Shown: one piece after another, positions 26,137-39,384 of the stretch
Layout of the letters: each line of letters opens with the position of its first letter
Numbering within the stretch: position 1 is the first letter of the stretch
Source of the DNA: Hypanus sabinus
Lineage: Eukaryota
Direction: 5' to 3'
NCBI RefSeq assembly: GCF_030144855.1
Contig: NC_082735.1
Location: 20,956,001-21,020,000 of the forward strand
DNA length: 64,000 bases
Notes under the pieces: model-generated
What the model saw: the letters and a program-made list of their open reading frames with translations, nothing else
Database searches by the model: none
What the model was told of the DNA's origin: nothing
Position numbers and translations under genes: made by a program

Positions 26137-28168
26137 ATGAAAACCCCAAGGTATTCTACAAGTACATGAAGAGCAAGAGGATAAGATACGAAAGGATAGG
26201 ACCTATCAAGTATGACAGAGGGAATGTGTGTGTGGAACCGGAGGAAATAGCAGAGGTACTTAATGAATACTTCAGTATTCACTATGGAAAAGGAGCTTGG
26301 TGATTGTTGTTATGACTTGCAGCAGACTGAAAAGCTTGAGCATGTAGATATTAAGAAAGAGGATGTGCTGGAGCTTTTGGAAAACATCAAGTTGGATAAG
26401 TCACCGGGACCGGACGAAATGTACCCCAGGCCACTGTGGGAGGCGAGGGAGGAGATTGCTGAGCCTCTGGCGATGATCTTTGCATCATCAATGGGGACGG
26501 GAGAGGTTCCGGAGGATTAGAGGATTGCGGATGTTGTTCTTTTATTCAAGAAAGGAAGTAGGGATAGCCCAAGAAATTATAGACCAGTGAGTCTTACCTC
26601 TGTGGTTGGTAAGTTGATGGAGAAGATCCTGAGAGGCAGGATTTATGAACATTTGGAGAGGTATAATATGATTAGGAGCAGTCAGCATGACTTTGTAAAG
26701 GGCAGGTCATGCCTTACAAGGCTGATTGAATTTTTTGAAGATGTGACTAAACATATTGATGAAGGAAGAACAGTAGATGTAGCGTATATGGATTTCAGCA
26801 AGGCATTTGATAAGGTACCCCATCAAAGGCTTATTGAGAAAGTAAGGAGGTATGGGATCCAAGGGGACTTTGCTTTGTGGATCCAGAATTGGCTTGCCCA
26901 CAGAAGGCAAAGAGTGGTTGTAGACGGGTCATATCCTGCATGGAAGTTGGTCACCAGTGGAGTGCCTCAGGGACCCTTAATCTTCATGATTTTTATCAAT
27001 GACCTGGATGAGGAGTGGGGGGATTGGTTTGGGTTTGGATTTGGGTATTTGATCCTCCACAATATTCCGCATGGGAACATAAACTGGAGGAGGCAGTTTT
27101 ATTTTTACAAGGTTGGGTTGCAACATCAACATCAACCCGGCACGGATGGAGAGCGCGCTCAGGAGCGGTCTGTAACTGGATCGAACTCGGGAACCTCCGT
27201 TCTCAAGCCCGGAGCTGATCTCACTGTGACACCAGCTGACCATAAGTAAGTAAGTAAGTTTGCTGATGACAAAAAGGTTGGAGATGCTGTTGATAGTGAG
27301 AAGGGCTGTCAGAGGTTACAGTGGGACATTGACAGGATGCAAAACTGGGCTGAGAAGTGGCAGATGGAGTTCAACTGACGTAAGTGTGAAGTGGCTCATT
27401 TTGGTATGTCAAATATGATAGCACAATGTAGTATTAATGGTAAGACTCTTGGCAGTGTGGAGGATCAGAGGAATCTTGGGGTCTGAGTCCATAAGACGCT
27501 CAAAGCAGCTGCGCAGGTTAACTCTGTGGTTAAGAAGGCTGACAGCATATTGGCCTTCATCAACTGTGGAATTGAATTTAGGAGATGAGAGGTAATGTTG
27601 CAGCTATACAGGTTCCTGGTCAGACCCCACTTGGAGTATTGTGCTCAGTTCTGGTTGCCTCATTACAGGAAGGATGTGGAAACCATAGAAAGGGTGCAGA
27701 GGAGATTTACAAGGATGTTGCCTGGATTGGGGAGCTTGCCTTATGAGAATAGGTTGAGTGAACTTGGCCTTTTCTCCTTGGAGTGGAAGAGGATAAGAGG
27801 TGACCTCATTGAGGTGTACAAGATGATGAGGGGCATTGATCGTGTGGATGGTCAGAGGCTTTTTCCCAGGGTTGAAATGGTTGCCACAAGAGGACACAGG
27901 TTTAAGGTGCTGGGGAGTAGGTACAGAGGAGGTGTCAGGGGTAAGTTTTTTACTCAGAGTTGTGAGTGTGTGGAATGGACTGCCAGCAATGGTGGTGGAG
28001 GCGGATATGATACGATCTTTTAAGAAGCTTTTAGATAGGTACATGGAGCTTAGTAAAATAGAAGGCTATCTGTAAGCCAAGTAATTTCTAAGGTAGGGAC
28101 ATGTTCGGCACAACTTAGTGGGCCAAAGAGCCTGTAATGTGTTGTAGGTTTTCTATGTTTATATGTAT
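26137..28168 (+). mobile_element. CR1 LINE ORF2 (RT) 3' ~2 kb, disrupted
   Basis: KSPGPDEMYPR, YRPVSLTSVVGKLMEKI, YMDFSKAFDKVPH, SGVPQG, KFADD, LVRPHLEYCAQFWLPHYRKD; in-frame stops; SINE inserted just before FADD. Confidence 0.95.
27026..27241 (-). mobile_element. tRNA-derived SINE inserted in CR1; same head as 11365/21761 but different tail
   Basis: B-box GAGTTCGATCC; shared gcgcgctctccatccgtgccgggttga; tail (CCCAAA)n-like. Confidence 0.8.
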
Positions 28169-28174
28169 GTGAAT

Positions 28175-28790
28175 CAACCAAGTACAGCATCCACACCAAG
28201 GTGAAGCTGTACCAGAGCTGTGTTCTTGTCCACACCATTGTACGGGTCAGAATGCTGTTGCTGGTGCTGGCAGAGAATGACCTTCCCAAACTGTCATCAT
28301 TCCACACCATGAGCCTGGGAAGACCAGTCCTGCTGAAGTATTCTGACACAAAACATTGACCGTACTTTTTTACAAAGTTGCTGCCTGGCCTGCTGAGGTT
28401 CTCCAGCATTTTCTGTGTGTTGTTCGGATTTCCAGTATCTGCAGGTTTTCTCTTGTTTGTGCAAAGATCCTCTGCATATTCTGGCCAAGAAAGATCTCCA
28501 ACCATGTCCTACTCCTTCAGTGTCACCACGAGGGCATGACCAGAATCATCTTGAGGAGACTTTGGAGATGGAGTGGGCACTTGATGAGACCAACACCATC
28601 TTCAAGACCGCACTTCACTGGACTCCTGAAGGGCGGAGGAAATGCAGGAGACCAAAGATACATCGTAGAGGTAGAAATGAGGACACTGAACCACACCTGG
28701 GGCACAGAAGAGAAGACAGCCAAGGACAGACAAAGATGGAGGACCTTCATTGCTGCCCTAAATGCCGCAGCACAACAGGCAGTAGCTATC
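28175..28790 (+). mobile_element. RTE-clade LINE C-terminal fragment, interrupted by a Penelope mini-copy
   Basis: KYSIHTKVKLYQSCVL...KILCIFWPRKISN...WRWSGH...KTALHWTPEGRRKCRRPK...AKDRQRWRTFIAAL. Confidence 0.88.
28325..28461 (+). mobile_element. Penelope-derived mini-element beginning at hammerhead stem I
   Basis: cagtc-ctgctga-agtattctgacac-aaaa-catt-gaccg then the common tail. Confidence 0.85.
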
Positions 28791-29669
28791 TAATGGAGCA
28801 GATATACCTATCCTGGATTAATCAAAATATTCAAATTCTCCAAAGATGTACTGATCGATCCAGATTTTATTGGAGAACCTAATTTACCCTGTTCACTCAT
28901 TCTCGATTCCTGGGTTCCCTCAATGAAATATTTATTCTTCACTCTTTTAGCCACATACCATTCAAAAGGAAAAATAAAATTTATGTAAGGAAATATTTGC
29001 CAAGGATTCATCACCATCCATTTAGCGGTGATTAGGGATGGGCAATAAATACAGGACTTGTCACTGGCACCCATATCCTGAAAATTAATTAAGATGATGG
29101 CCTGCCAGCAAGTTGTTACCCAGCTGGTATTGATGGATATTTCTGCAGCATAATTAGTGGAACTGCTGGGAAAAAAAATCTTGAATATAATATGTAGGTG
29201 AATTATGTCTCAAAACTTGTACACTGTATTGTTTTTTCCATTGAGTTAAACTTAATCTACTTGCATGAGGCAAAACTACCATTCTCTGATTGGTTCAGTT
29301 TGAAGTCAATTTCAGCCACAAGTTACTGATTGCACCCAAAGTGCTAATGCAAGCCACAATTTCTAAATTTGCTGATGATACCAAACTTGGCCGGGTTGTG
29401 AATTGAGGAGAAGATATTAATGCATTGTAAAAGGAGTGCTGAAGTCCTTCGTAGAGGTCTGGCCAGCAAGATCATGTGATCCACGGGGACTTGATGGTTT
29501 GGAGTCAGAAGTGGGGTTGCACATTAGTGATATTGGAGTTGGGAGCAACATCCTCCATAAAGAGTTGATATGGGGGTTGCAGGCAAAGGGCCAGAAGAGT
29601 CAATTCTGTGTTTTATCTCAAAATAAAATAAATAAGAAGACAGAGGTAGTGGCAGCAAGTACTATTCTA

Positions 29670-31190
29670 GGTGGAAGTCTGTGATCTGTAGTGCTCGGCA
29701 GGACCACATGCCCCTCCTGGATAAGATATTTAGGAAGTTTATAGATGACACAAAATTGGTGAAGTTGGGGACAGTGAAGAAGGCCATTGAAGGATATAGA
29801 TCATTTACAGTAATGGCAGAGTAATGTCAGAAGGAGTTTAATGTGGGTAATTATGAGGGGTTACACTTTGGGACAATAGCTATATGGTGAGAGTATGCAG
29901 TTAATGGCATGGACCTTAACAAATCTATAGCTTCCTGAAAGCTACTGCGTGGATTCTCTGATGACTCAGCAATAGTTGGGCGTATAAAGGGAGGACGGGA
30001 GGATGAATACAGGCCCCTGGTGGAGGACTTTGTCAAATGGTGCAAGCTGAATCATCTGCAGCTCAGCATCAGTAAGACAAAGAAGATGCTGATGGACTTT
30101 AGGAAGACTAAGTCTGAACTGCTCCCTGCTATAGTTCGTGAGGACGTGGATGTGGTGAGTACCTACAAGTGGCAGGGGGTGCACCTGGATGACAGAGTTG
30201 AGTGGACCACCAACACAGAGACTGTGTAAAAGAAGGGCCAGGGCTGCCTTTACTTCCTGAGGAGACTGAGGCCCTTTGGAGTATGCAGGGCTCTCCTTCA
30301 CATGTTCTGCCAGTCTGTTGTCACCAGTACAATCTTCTATGTGGTGGTGTGATGGGGGCAATGGTAACAACATGGGTGATGCCAACAGGCTCAACAAATT
30401 GAATAGAAAGGCTGGTTCTGTTATAGGAGTTAAACTGGACACACTGGAGGCTGTGGTAGAACAAAAGACCCTACAGAAAATCCAGGGAATTCTGGACAAT
30501 ATTTCTCACCCTCTGCATGCCACATTGGCTGAACACAGGAGCACTTTTAGTAATAGACAAAGACCCTTGGCCATTTGGCTCTATAATGAGTCAACCTATA
30601 GCCAGGAAAGGTGATGGCCCCCTCCTGTAAGATTGTTTGAGGTAACTTTTTAAAATTATTTTTTACTTCTCTTCTAATATTCATATACCTGTGTATTTAT
30701 AATGCTACTGTGACACTGTAATTTCCTTTGGGATCAATAAAGTATCTATCTGTTTTCTATTTGTCTGTCTAGAGGGCATAAGTTATAAGGAGAGGTTGGA
30801 CAACCTTGGATAGTTTTCTCAGTGGTTGAGGGGAGATATGAAAGAAATTTACAAAAATGTTTTGAGACGCATCAATAAGAAAGAAAGGCAGAATCTTTTT
30901 TTCTCAGAACAGGAAATTTAAATACTATAAGGCATAGTTTTAAGGGGGAGTGAGTTTAAAGAGGATGAGCAGATAAAAGATGCAGGTTCCTGGAATATGT
31001 CTCCATGGGTGGCAGTGGAGCAGATATAATAGTAGATATTAAGTGTATTTTAAATAGGTGCATGAATATTAAAGTGTGGAGGAATATGGGTCATTTGTAG
31101 GCAAAAGGCATTATTTTGATTTGGCATCATGCTTACCACAGACATTATGGGCTAAAGGGCTTATTCCCCTACTGCACTGTTCTATGATCT
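29670..31190 (+). mobile_element. Old CR1 fragment interrupted by a Rex1/Babar insertion
   Basis: aagttttatagatgacacaaaattggtgaagttggggacagtgaagaagg (KFxDDTKIG-like) and 3' end gggctaaagggcttattccc...ttctatg. Confidence 0.65.
29944..30770 (+). mobile_element. Rex1/Babar LINE 3' fragment with (TATC)n tail
   Basis: FSDDSAIVGRIKGGREDEYRPLVEDFVKWCKLNHLQL...ILDNISHPLHATL; gggatcaataaagtatctatc. Confidence 0.88.
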
Positions 31191-31199
31191 TTGAAACAA

Positions 31200-31960
31200 A
31201 CACGCTGGTAGGATTAGCAAACATGTGACAGATGAAATTTAATGTGGAAAATGAGGAAAGGCAGTATAGAATTCAATATTTTTTTTAAAAGAAGGATGCA
31301 AAAGCACAAGGACTTCAGAAGCATGGGTGCAAAATTCTTTAAAAGTGGCAGGGCAGGTTAGAAGACAGGGTATGCATATGTTCGTGCTCTATCAAAAAAG
31401 GCACATCATTTAAGAGCAGGGAAGTTGTGCTATAAAACTCTGGCATAGCTTTGGATGAAGTATTGTGCTCAATTCTGGCTACCTAATTATCAGAGGAATG
31501 CGAAGGCTTTAGAGAAAATCCAGAAAAGGTTTATGGAAAGGATTATAGTAACAAGAATAGATTAGAGGTTGGATCTGTTTTCCTTCGAGAACAATGAGGC
31601 GAGATTTAAGGGAAGTACGTGGAAGATGATAAAAGATTTGGATAAAGTTGATAGTCGGAAGTTGTTCCTGTTGATCAAGGTGTCAATTATTTTGGATCAC
31701 ACATATAACTTAAAAGAGAAATAAAATTAAGGGTGACTTTAGGGGGAAAGAAGTCGTTATGCAGTGTGTGATTTGAATCTGGAATGGACAGCCTGTAGGT
31801 ATGATGGTGGCAGATTCCATTATGATCTTCAGAACAGAATTGTGTTGATATATGGGGAGGGAAAAGATTGCAATGATATCATGAAGGTGGAACTTTAAGT
31901 TGCTCTGGGAAGAGAGTGGTATCAACTCAAAGAGCTAAATAGCCACCTTCTTTATTGCAA
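31200..31960 (+). mobile_element. Old CR1 3' fragment
   Basis: gaagtattgtgctcaattctggctacctaattatcagaggaatgcgaaggctttagag (YCAQFWLPNY). Confidence 0.65.
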
Positions 31961-33054
31961 AGACGCCACTAAGGAATTTGTTTTTCCTAGTAAGTAGTGA
32001 TTATATTTTGTCATGGATCCTTTATTATTAATACATCCAGTTAGACAACCATTCTAAACACTGGAAAAGCAAAATCAAATTGAAAAATCCATCAGCATTT
32101 ATTGAGCATATTTTATGTTTATATTCTTCTGTAAATCTAGAGTAAGCCACATATTATATTGAAAGCTTTTATTTCCAATGGGGAATTTAAAAATCAAATG
32201 TCAAAATATCCCTGTTTTGTACACACTTGCTGCTTTTAATCTCCAGACTACTAGGCAGCTTCTGAAAGCATTTCAATATGATGTGTTGATACCAGCTTGC
32301 ATTGTTTTAGAACACTGGATTATTGTTTTCTATCAATTAATGAAGTTACTTTCCAGTCACAGCATCTTACAGCACAGAAACGGGCCATTTGGCCCAACCG
32401 GTCTGTGCTGACCAGGACGCCCAGGCAAGCTAGTCCCATTTGCCTGCATTTGGCCCATAGTCTTATAAATGTTTCCTCTCTATGTACCTCTCCAAATGTC
32501 TTTGAACAGGATTTTCTCAAAATAGATATTACTTAGCATTTTTTGTCAGTAATTCAGCATTTTAATAAACAAAACAGAGCAGATTTTTTTCCGCATCCTC
32601 AAAAATGTAGTTAAACTCTATCCTTTCGGTCTGTGTTTTACTACCAAAGTTGATGTTTTATTTCAAGATTTATATGTATATATTCCAAGAATGATATTGT
32701 TGAATTGTCAATGCATTGCATTTGTGCAATAACAACCATGTGGTGACAAAAGGCTGTATCTGAGAGGTTTTGAGACAAAAATTGTCCTTTCAAAAGACAT
32801 GGAAGGCAACAGCAGGTGAAGCTTTCAAAGTGTTGCTTTTGGACACTTGATAAATTCAATACGTTGCCAATTGTGCTTCTCTGTAGTTGACAACAGTGTG
32901 TCTGAAGAGCATTCATATGAATAGCTCCAACCCTTTTTGTTTCTTTTCTGTATTGATATAAAAATGCTGGAAAAATGTGTTCACAATGAACTGTTTCATT
33001 GCTTTATATTGTATTGTGAGTTGAAAGTTCCATTTTAAAGTCCTTCCATTTCAA

Positions 33055-33322
33055 GGGGTGGCACAGTAGTTAGCATGTTGCTTTACAGTACCTGTGATCC
33101 AGGTTCAGTTCCCACCGCTGTCTGTAAGAAGTTTGTACATTCTCCCTGTGACTGCGTAAGTTTCTTCTGCTTTCCTCCCATTGTCCAAAGACATGCCAGT
33201 TGATAGGCTAATCGGTCATCGTAAATTGTCATGTGATTAGCCTCAGGTTAAATCAAGGGTTGTTGTACGGTGCAGCTTAAAAGGTGAGAAAGGCCTCTTT
33301 CACACTGCATCTCGATAAATAA
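33055..33322 (+). mobile_element. HE1/V-SINE-like SINE
   Basis: ggtggcacagtagttagca...ccaggttcagttccc...gtttgtacattctccctgtgactgcg. Confidence 0.85.
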
Positions 33323-33490
33323 AAGCTCAGAGTTCAAAGTACATTCATGATCAAAGTGTGCATACCATCTACAACCTTGAGATTTGTCTTCTTTCAAGCA
33401 GCAACAAAACAAAGAAACACAATATAATCCACAAATGAAACCTGCACAACAACAAAATTTATAAAAATGCAAGAGACAGCAAATATATCA

Positions 33491-33884
33491 ATAAACACAG
33501 GAGATTCTGCAGCTGCTGAAAATCCACAGCAACATACACAAAATTCTGGAGGGACTCAGCAGGTCTGGCAGCATGCATGGAAATGAATAAATAGTCAATA
33601 TTTTGGGCAGAGAACATTCTTTAGGACTGGAAAGGAAGGAGTAAGATGCCAGAATTAAAAAGGAAGGGGAAGGGAGGGAGGATTAGCTAGAAGGGGTTAG
33701 GTGAAGCAAGGTGGGTGAGAAAGGTAAAGCGCTGGAGAAAAAGGAATCTGATCAGAGAGATCTGATCTGATCTGATCAGAGGGCACTGTGGGAGAAAAGG
33801 AAGGAGATGCACCAGGGAGAGGTGATAGGTAGTGAGGAGAAGAAGTAAGAGGCTAGAGTGGGAAATAGAAGAGGAAGGATGGGA
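33491..33884 (-). mobile_element. Penelope-like 3' fragment nested in a non-autonomous retroposon; degenerate hammerhead 33592-33629
   Basis: Reverse complement of the common terminal repeat plus spacer. Confidence 0.85.
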
Positions 33885-34339
33885 GCATCCTCAACACTAT
33901 GAGGTTCACGCATGCTGCCTCTGCCTCTTGGAATCCTCTCGGAGTCTGCACAGCGCTGGGGCACGCAAACGATCTCCAAACAGTAAATCACAGGCTCCAA
34001 CAGTTCCAGAATCACATTCAAGACAAAAAAAACAAATGTAAAAGACACAAAAGAAGTGAAATATATGGTTTTGTAATCTATCCAGAAGATGTCGACAGAA
34101 GGAGTGTTATACACAGGTGCTATCTTGACCAGTAGTCTGGAAGTTATGATCAGAAGTCCAGAAGTTAGGAATTTGTTCTCCAATTTATTAGATTCTAGCA
34201 ACCCCAAATTTGTCACACACAAGGGAGTCATGGAGAGAGCAATGACTGCAGAAATTGAAGAGTACGGGGTGGCGGGGAGGGGGGGGGGTGCATATTTAAA
34301 GATGTACAGGATAAGTGCCAGGAGGGAGACACTTCTTTG

Positions 34340-35165
34340 TCCGATCATCACTCAGCTCCCTTCTGGCACTTACTCCTCTAAGCAGCACAGCTTCTACACT
34401 TGCCCAATCACTCCTTTCATCACTGCCTCTCAAGGCTCCAAATAGTCCTAAGGGTGACAAAGCTTCACCTGGAGTCTGTTGGTGCTGTCCACTGCATCTC
34501 GTGCTCCTGTTGCAATCTCTGCTGCATTAGTTTGACCTGATGTATTTAGGGGGACTGCTTTATTGAGTACCTTTTCTCCCTCCCATTACAAGCGAGACTT
34601 ACCGGCAGCCAGCCATTTTAATTTCACTCCCCATTCTTATTACAGCATGTCAGCCCATGGTCTCCTCTACAGCAATAATTAGGTTGGAGGAGCAACATCT
34701 CACACTCTGTCTGGCTAGTCTCCAACCTGATAGCATGAACATCGATTTCTCTAACTTTCCGGGTAATTTCTCCCCTCGCCCCTTCTCTCTTTTTCCATTT
34801 CCCATTCCGGCTTTCCTCTAACCTCTTTTCTTCTCTTCACCAGGCTTTCACCCCTCTGGTGCCTCTCCTCCTTCCCTTTCTCCCATGGTCCACTCTCCTC
34901 ACCCATCAGATTGCCTCTTCTACCTATCAACTCTCGCCTTCCCCCTCACTCGGTTTAAACTATCATCTGACAGATTTACTCCTTCCCCTTCCCTTACTCC
35001 CTTATTCTGGATTCCCCCCACCCTTCCTTTGCCATCCTGATGAAAGGTCTCGGCCCGAAATGTCAGCGGTCTTTGGATGCTGTCTGCCCTGTTGAATTCC
35101 TCCAGTATTCTGTGTGCATGTGTGTGTTACTCTGAATTTCCAGCATCTGCATAATCACTTTTATT
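34340..35165 (+). mobile_element. Penelope-like element 3' part (linker + GIY-YIG + terminal repeat)
   Basis: Colinear with 340-1080 (tctggcacttac, cattttaatt, ggaggagcaaca, tagtctccaacctgat). Confidence 0.88.
35032..35069 (+). ncRNA. Minimal hammerhead motif, core intact but stem I broken (sense to csmd2)
   Basis: ccatc-CTGATGA-aaggtctcggccc-GAAA-TGTC-agcgg. Confidence 0.6.
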
Positions 35166-35169
35166 TACG

Positions 35170-36200
35170 AGCCTGGGATTGTTCCTTGAGAAATGTCAGC
35201 AGGAGTGCTTTGGTGCTGGAATTATTGGTTTTCATTAACTATAACCGCTGCTCTCAGTGCCCTCACAGCTCTAGCCAGTAACCTTTATTGACTTGTAAGG
35301 GCTCGTCAATGCATCCATTGCCTTGATGCCAAGGGCAGGTAGTTTCATCTCAGGGAGTAATGAACTTGGCAGTACAATGGTCCAAGCAAAGCCTAAAGCA
35401 ACACACACAAAATGCTGGAGGAATTCAGTAGGTCAGGCGACATCTATGGAAAGGAATAAACAAGCAACGTTCTGGGCCAAGATCCATCTTCAGAGCTGAA
35501 AAGGAAGGGCAAAGAGGCCAGAATAAGAAGGTGGGGGTAATGAGTAAGAGTGCAAGCAGGAAGGTGATAGGTGAAGCCAGGTAGTGGGGAGGGGTGGGGG
35601 GGAGGATCAAGTGAGAAGCTGAGAGGTGATAGGTGAAAAGGGTAAAGGGCAGAAGAAGAAGGAATCTCATAGTAGAGTAGAGTGGACCATGGGGGAAAGG
35701 GAAGGAGGAGATTCACCAGTGGGAGATGATGGGCAGGTGAGAAGAGAAGAGGTAAGGGTGGGGAATGGGAGAAGAGGGAATAGAAGGGGGATAAATTACT
35801 AGAAATTAGAGAAATCAATATTTATGCCTTCAGGTTAGAAGCTAACCCAGGCTCAATATGTGTTGTTCCTCCAATCTGAGAGTAGCTCATCGTGGCAATT
35901 GAGGAGGCCATGGATTAACATGTCAGAATGGGAAGAGAATCGTCAAGCAAAACCTAAGCTATGCATCTGCAGCCAAGACACTGGGAAGTGTGTTGGTTAA
36001 CATATCGTCCAAGATACCTCCATCACTTGGTTTGATGAAGGGTCAACTGAAACCGTAATCTTTGGCCAGCTGGATATGTTGTGGATTTTCTGGGCAGGAC
36101 GTACTTGAAAATGTTCTGCATTGTCAGATAGATGCTAATGTAGTTGAATCATTTGGAGCAGCATCGGCTAGAAGGTACAGGTTAAGCCAAACTTCCATCA
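35170..36200 (-). mobile_element. Very old LINE RT remnant (CR1/L2 group), split by a Penelope insertion
   Basis: On -: gcccttggcatcaaggca (ALGIKA, cf. ALDIKAAFD) and gctgacatttctcaaggaacaatcccaggc (ADISQGTIPG, cf. GVPQGSVLG). Confidence 0.45.
35397..35943 (-). mobile_element. Penelope-like 3' fragment with 14-bp TSD; hammerhead 35461-35498 (CTGAAGA and ACGT intact, GAAA changed to AGAA)
   Basis: CAAGCAAAGCCTAA (35383-35396) vs CAAGCAAAACCTAA (35944-35957); GIY-YIG C-terminus at 35800-35935. Confidence 0.9.
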
Positions 36201-36410
36201 GACAGGAAACAGAGAGGAAGAAACGGAAAACTTTCAAGATGGTCAAAGCTTCACCAGTTGAAAGCACAGCCACCAAAGGCAGAAGATTGAAAGTTGTTAA
36301 TGCAACAGAGTACAAAGTGTAACAATCTGAAAGCACTGTAGACAACATAACATAAAAGATTGTTTGGAGCAGTTTTAGTGCTAAAAAAAGAAAGGATGCT
36401 GTTTTTTATT

Positions 36411-39365
36411 TAGAATCAGAATCAAGTTTATTATCATTGGCATGTGTCATGAAATATGTTAACTTGACAGCAGCAGTGCAATGCAATACATAATATAGAA
36501 GAGATAATAATAAGTAAATCAATTATAGTATATGCATATTGAATACATTAAAAACTGTGTAAAAACAGAAATAATATATATTTAAATTTGAGGTAGTGTT
36601 CACTGGTTCAATGTCCATTTAGGAATCAGATGGGAGAGGGGAGGAAGCTGTTCCTGAATCACTGAGTGTGTGCCTTCAGGCTTCTGTACCTCCTACCTGA
36701 TGGTAACAGTGAGAAAGGGGCATGCCCTGGGTGCTGGCGGTCCTTAATAATGGACGCTGCCTTCCTGAGACACTGCTGCTTGAGGATGTGCTGGGTACTT
36801 TGTAGGCTAGTACCCAAGATAGAGCTAACTAAACTTACAACCCTCTACAGCTTCCTTCAGTCCTGTACAGCAGCCGCCACACCCCCCCCCCCCCCCTCCA
36901 TACCAGATAACGATGCAGCCTGTCAGAACACTCTCTATGGTACATCTATACAAGTTTCTGTGTGTATTTGCTGACATACCAAATCTCTTCAAACTCCTAA
37001 TGAAGTATAGCCACAGTCTTACCTTTTTTATAACTGCATTGATATGTTGGGACCATTTTAGAGCCTCAGAGATCTTGACACCAAGGAACTAGAAGCTCTC
37101 ACTCTCTCCACTTCTGATCCCTCTATGAGGATTGGTATGTGTTCCTTCGTCTTACCCTTCCTGAAGTCAACAAGCAGCTCTTTCATCTTACTGATATTGA
37201 GTGCCAGGTTGTTTCTGCGACACCACTCCACTAATTGGCATATCTTGCTCCAGTATGCTCTCTTGTCACCATCTGAGATTCTACCAACAATGGTGGTATC
37301 ATCAGCAAATTTATAGATGGTATTTGAGCTATGCCTAGCCACACAGTCATGGATATAGAGAGAGCAGAACAGTGGGCTAAGCACACATCCCTGAAGTGCA
37401 GCAGTGTTGATCGTTAGCGAGGAGGAAATGTTATCACCAATCCACATAGATTGGGGTCTTCCGGTTAGAAAGTTGAGGATCCAATTGCAGAGGGAGGTAC
37501 AGAGGCCCAGGTTCTGCAACTTCTCAATCAGGATTGTGGGAATGATGGTATTAAATGCTGAGCTATAGTCGATGAATGGCATCTTGACATAGGTGTTTGT
37601 GTTGTCCAGGTGGTTTAAAGCCATGTGGAGAGCCATTGAGATTGCATCGGCCATTGACCTATTGTGGCAAAAGGCAAATTGCAATGGGTTCAGGTCCTTG
37701 CTGAAGCAAGAGTTCAGTCTAGTCATGAACAACCTCTCAAAGCATTTCATCAGTGTCGATGTGAGTGCTACTGGACGATAGTCATTAAGGCAGCTCACAT
37801 TATTTTTCTTAGGCACTTTTTCTTTTGAAGCAAGTGCAAACTTCCACCCATAGCAGTGAGAGGTTTAAAATGTCCGTGAATACTCCTGCCAGTTGGTTGG
37901 CACAGGTTTTCAGAGCCTTACCAGGTACTTCTTCTGCCTTGCGAGGGTTTACTCTCTTTAACGACAGCCTAACAGTGGCCTCTGAGACAGAGATCACAAG
38001 ATCATCGGTGCAGCAGGGATCTGCACAGCTGTAGTTGTGTTCTCCCTTTCAATGCGGGCATAGAAGGTGTTCAGTTCATCTGGTAGTGAAGCATTGCTGC
38101 CATTGGGTTTCGCTTTGTAGGAAGTAATATCTTGCAAACTTTGCCAGAGTTGTCATACATCCAATGTCGCCTCCAACCTCATTGGAAATTGTCTCTTTGC
38201 TCTTGAAGTAGACCTCTGCAAATCATACCTGGTACATGCCTGGGTCGCCAGACTTGAATGTCACAGATCTAGCCTTCAGCAGATGATGTACTTCCTGGTT
38301 CATCCATGGTTTTTGGTTTGGGAATGTACAGTAAAGTCTTTGTAGGCACACACTCATCCGCACATGTTTTAATAAAGTCAGAAACAACTGCAGTATACTC
38401 ATTCAGGTTTGAAGATGCATCCTTGAATACAGTCCAGTCCACCGATTCAGGAGACCTCCTGTGCCTCCTTTGTCCATACCTTCTTTGTCCTCACTACTGT
38501 TGCTGCAGTCTCTGCCTATACTCAGGGAGTGGAATACAACCAGGTGATCAGACTTCCTGAAGTGAGGGCATGGAATAACACGGTGGGCATTCTTGATGGT
38601 GGTGTAACAGTGGTCTAGTGTGTTGTTTCCTCTAGTATTGCAAATGATCTGTTGATAGTAATTGCTTAGTGATTTTTTTTCAGACTGGCTTGGTTAAAAT
38701 CCCCCAAAATAATGTGAAGGCATTAGTGTGCACTGTTTCGTGCATGTTAATCCCATTGCTCAGATCATCTAAAGCCTGATTGACATTAGCCTGATGTGGA
38801 ATGTATACTATTACCAAAATGATCCTGGAGATCTCCAGCGATAGGTGAAAAGGACGACACTCAACTTCTAGATATTCCAGGTCTGGTAAGCAGATTTGGG
38901 ACAGCACTGATATATTTATGCACCGAGAAGAGTTGATCATGAGGAATACTCCTCCATCTCTGCTTTTGAGAGACTTTGTAGATCTATCCTGATTGTGTAT
39001 AGTAAACCCATCGATCTGAATTGCTGCATCTGGTACAGAAGGGGTTAACTCATATTCCGTGAAACAAAGGAACACTCAGTCCTAATGTCTCTCTGATTCA
39101 GCACCCTAGCACTGAGATTATCGCTTTAATTCACCAGAGACTGCACATTTGCCAGCAAGATAGTCAGTATTGGAAGTCTAAAACCCCATTTCCTTAAATG
39201 CACTTTATCCCTGACACACTTCCTGCGTGGAATCCTCCGAGGATGATTCCGTCCACAATCAGCATTGTTTCCATCAGTGTTAAGCAGCAATAGTTGGTTT
39301 AAATACTTCAAGACATCTTTGTTGACTGTACTGACCTTGCAAGCGGTTGTGCTTTTTTAGCTGTA
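36411..39365 (-). mobile_element. Near full-length decayed Rex1/Babar LINE (APE endonuclease + RT)
   Basis: APE: LCFTE...IQIDGFTIH...GGVFLMIN...VYIPHQAN; RT: [56 protein letters not shown]; (TTCTGA)n tail; frameshifts and deletions. Confidence 0.95.
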
Positions 39366-39384
39366 CCAGACTGAAATGAGAATA

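Noticed and set aside
36411-39365. Active or domesticated reverse transcriptase
   Set aside because: APE and RT are broken by frameshifts, stops and deletions; the same holds for the CR1 at 26137-28168
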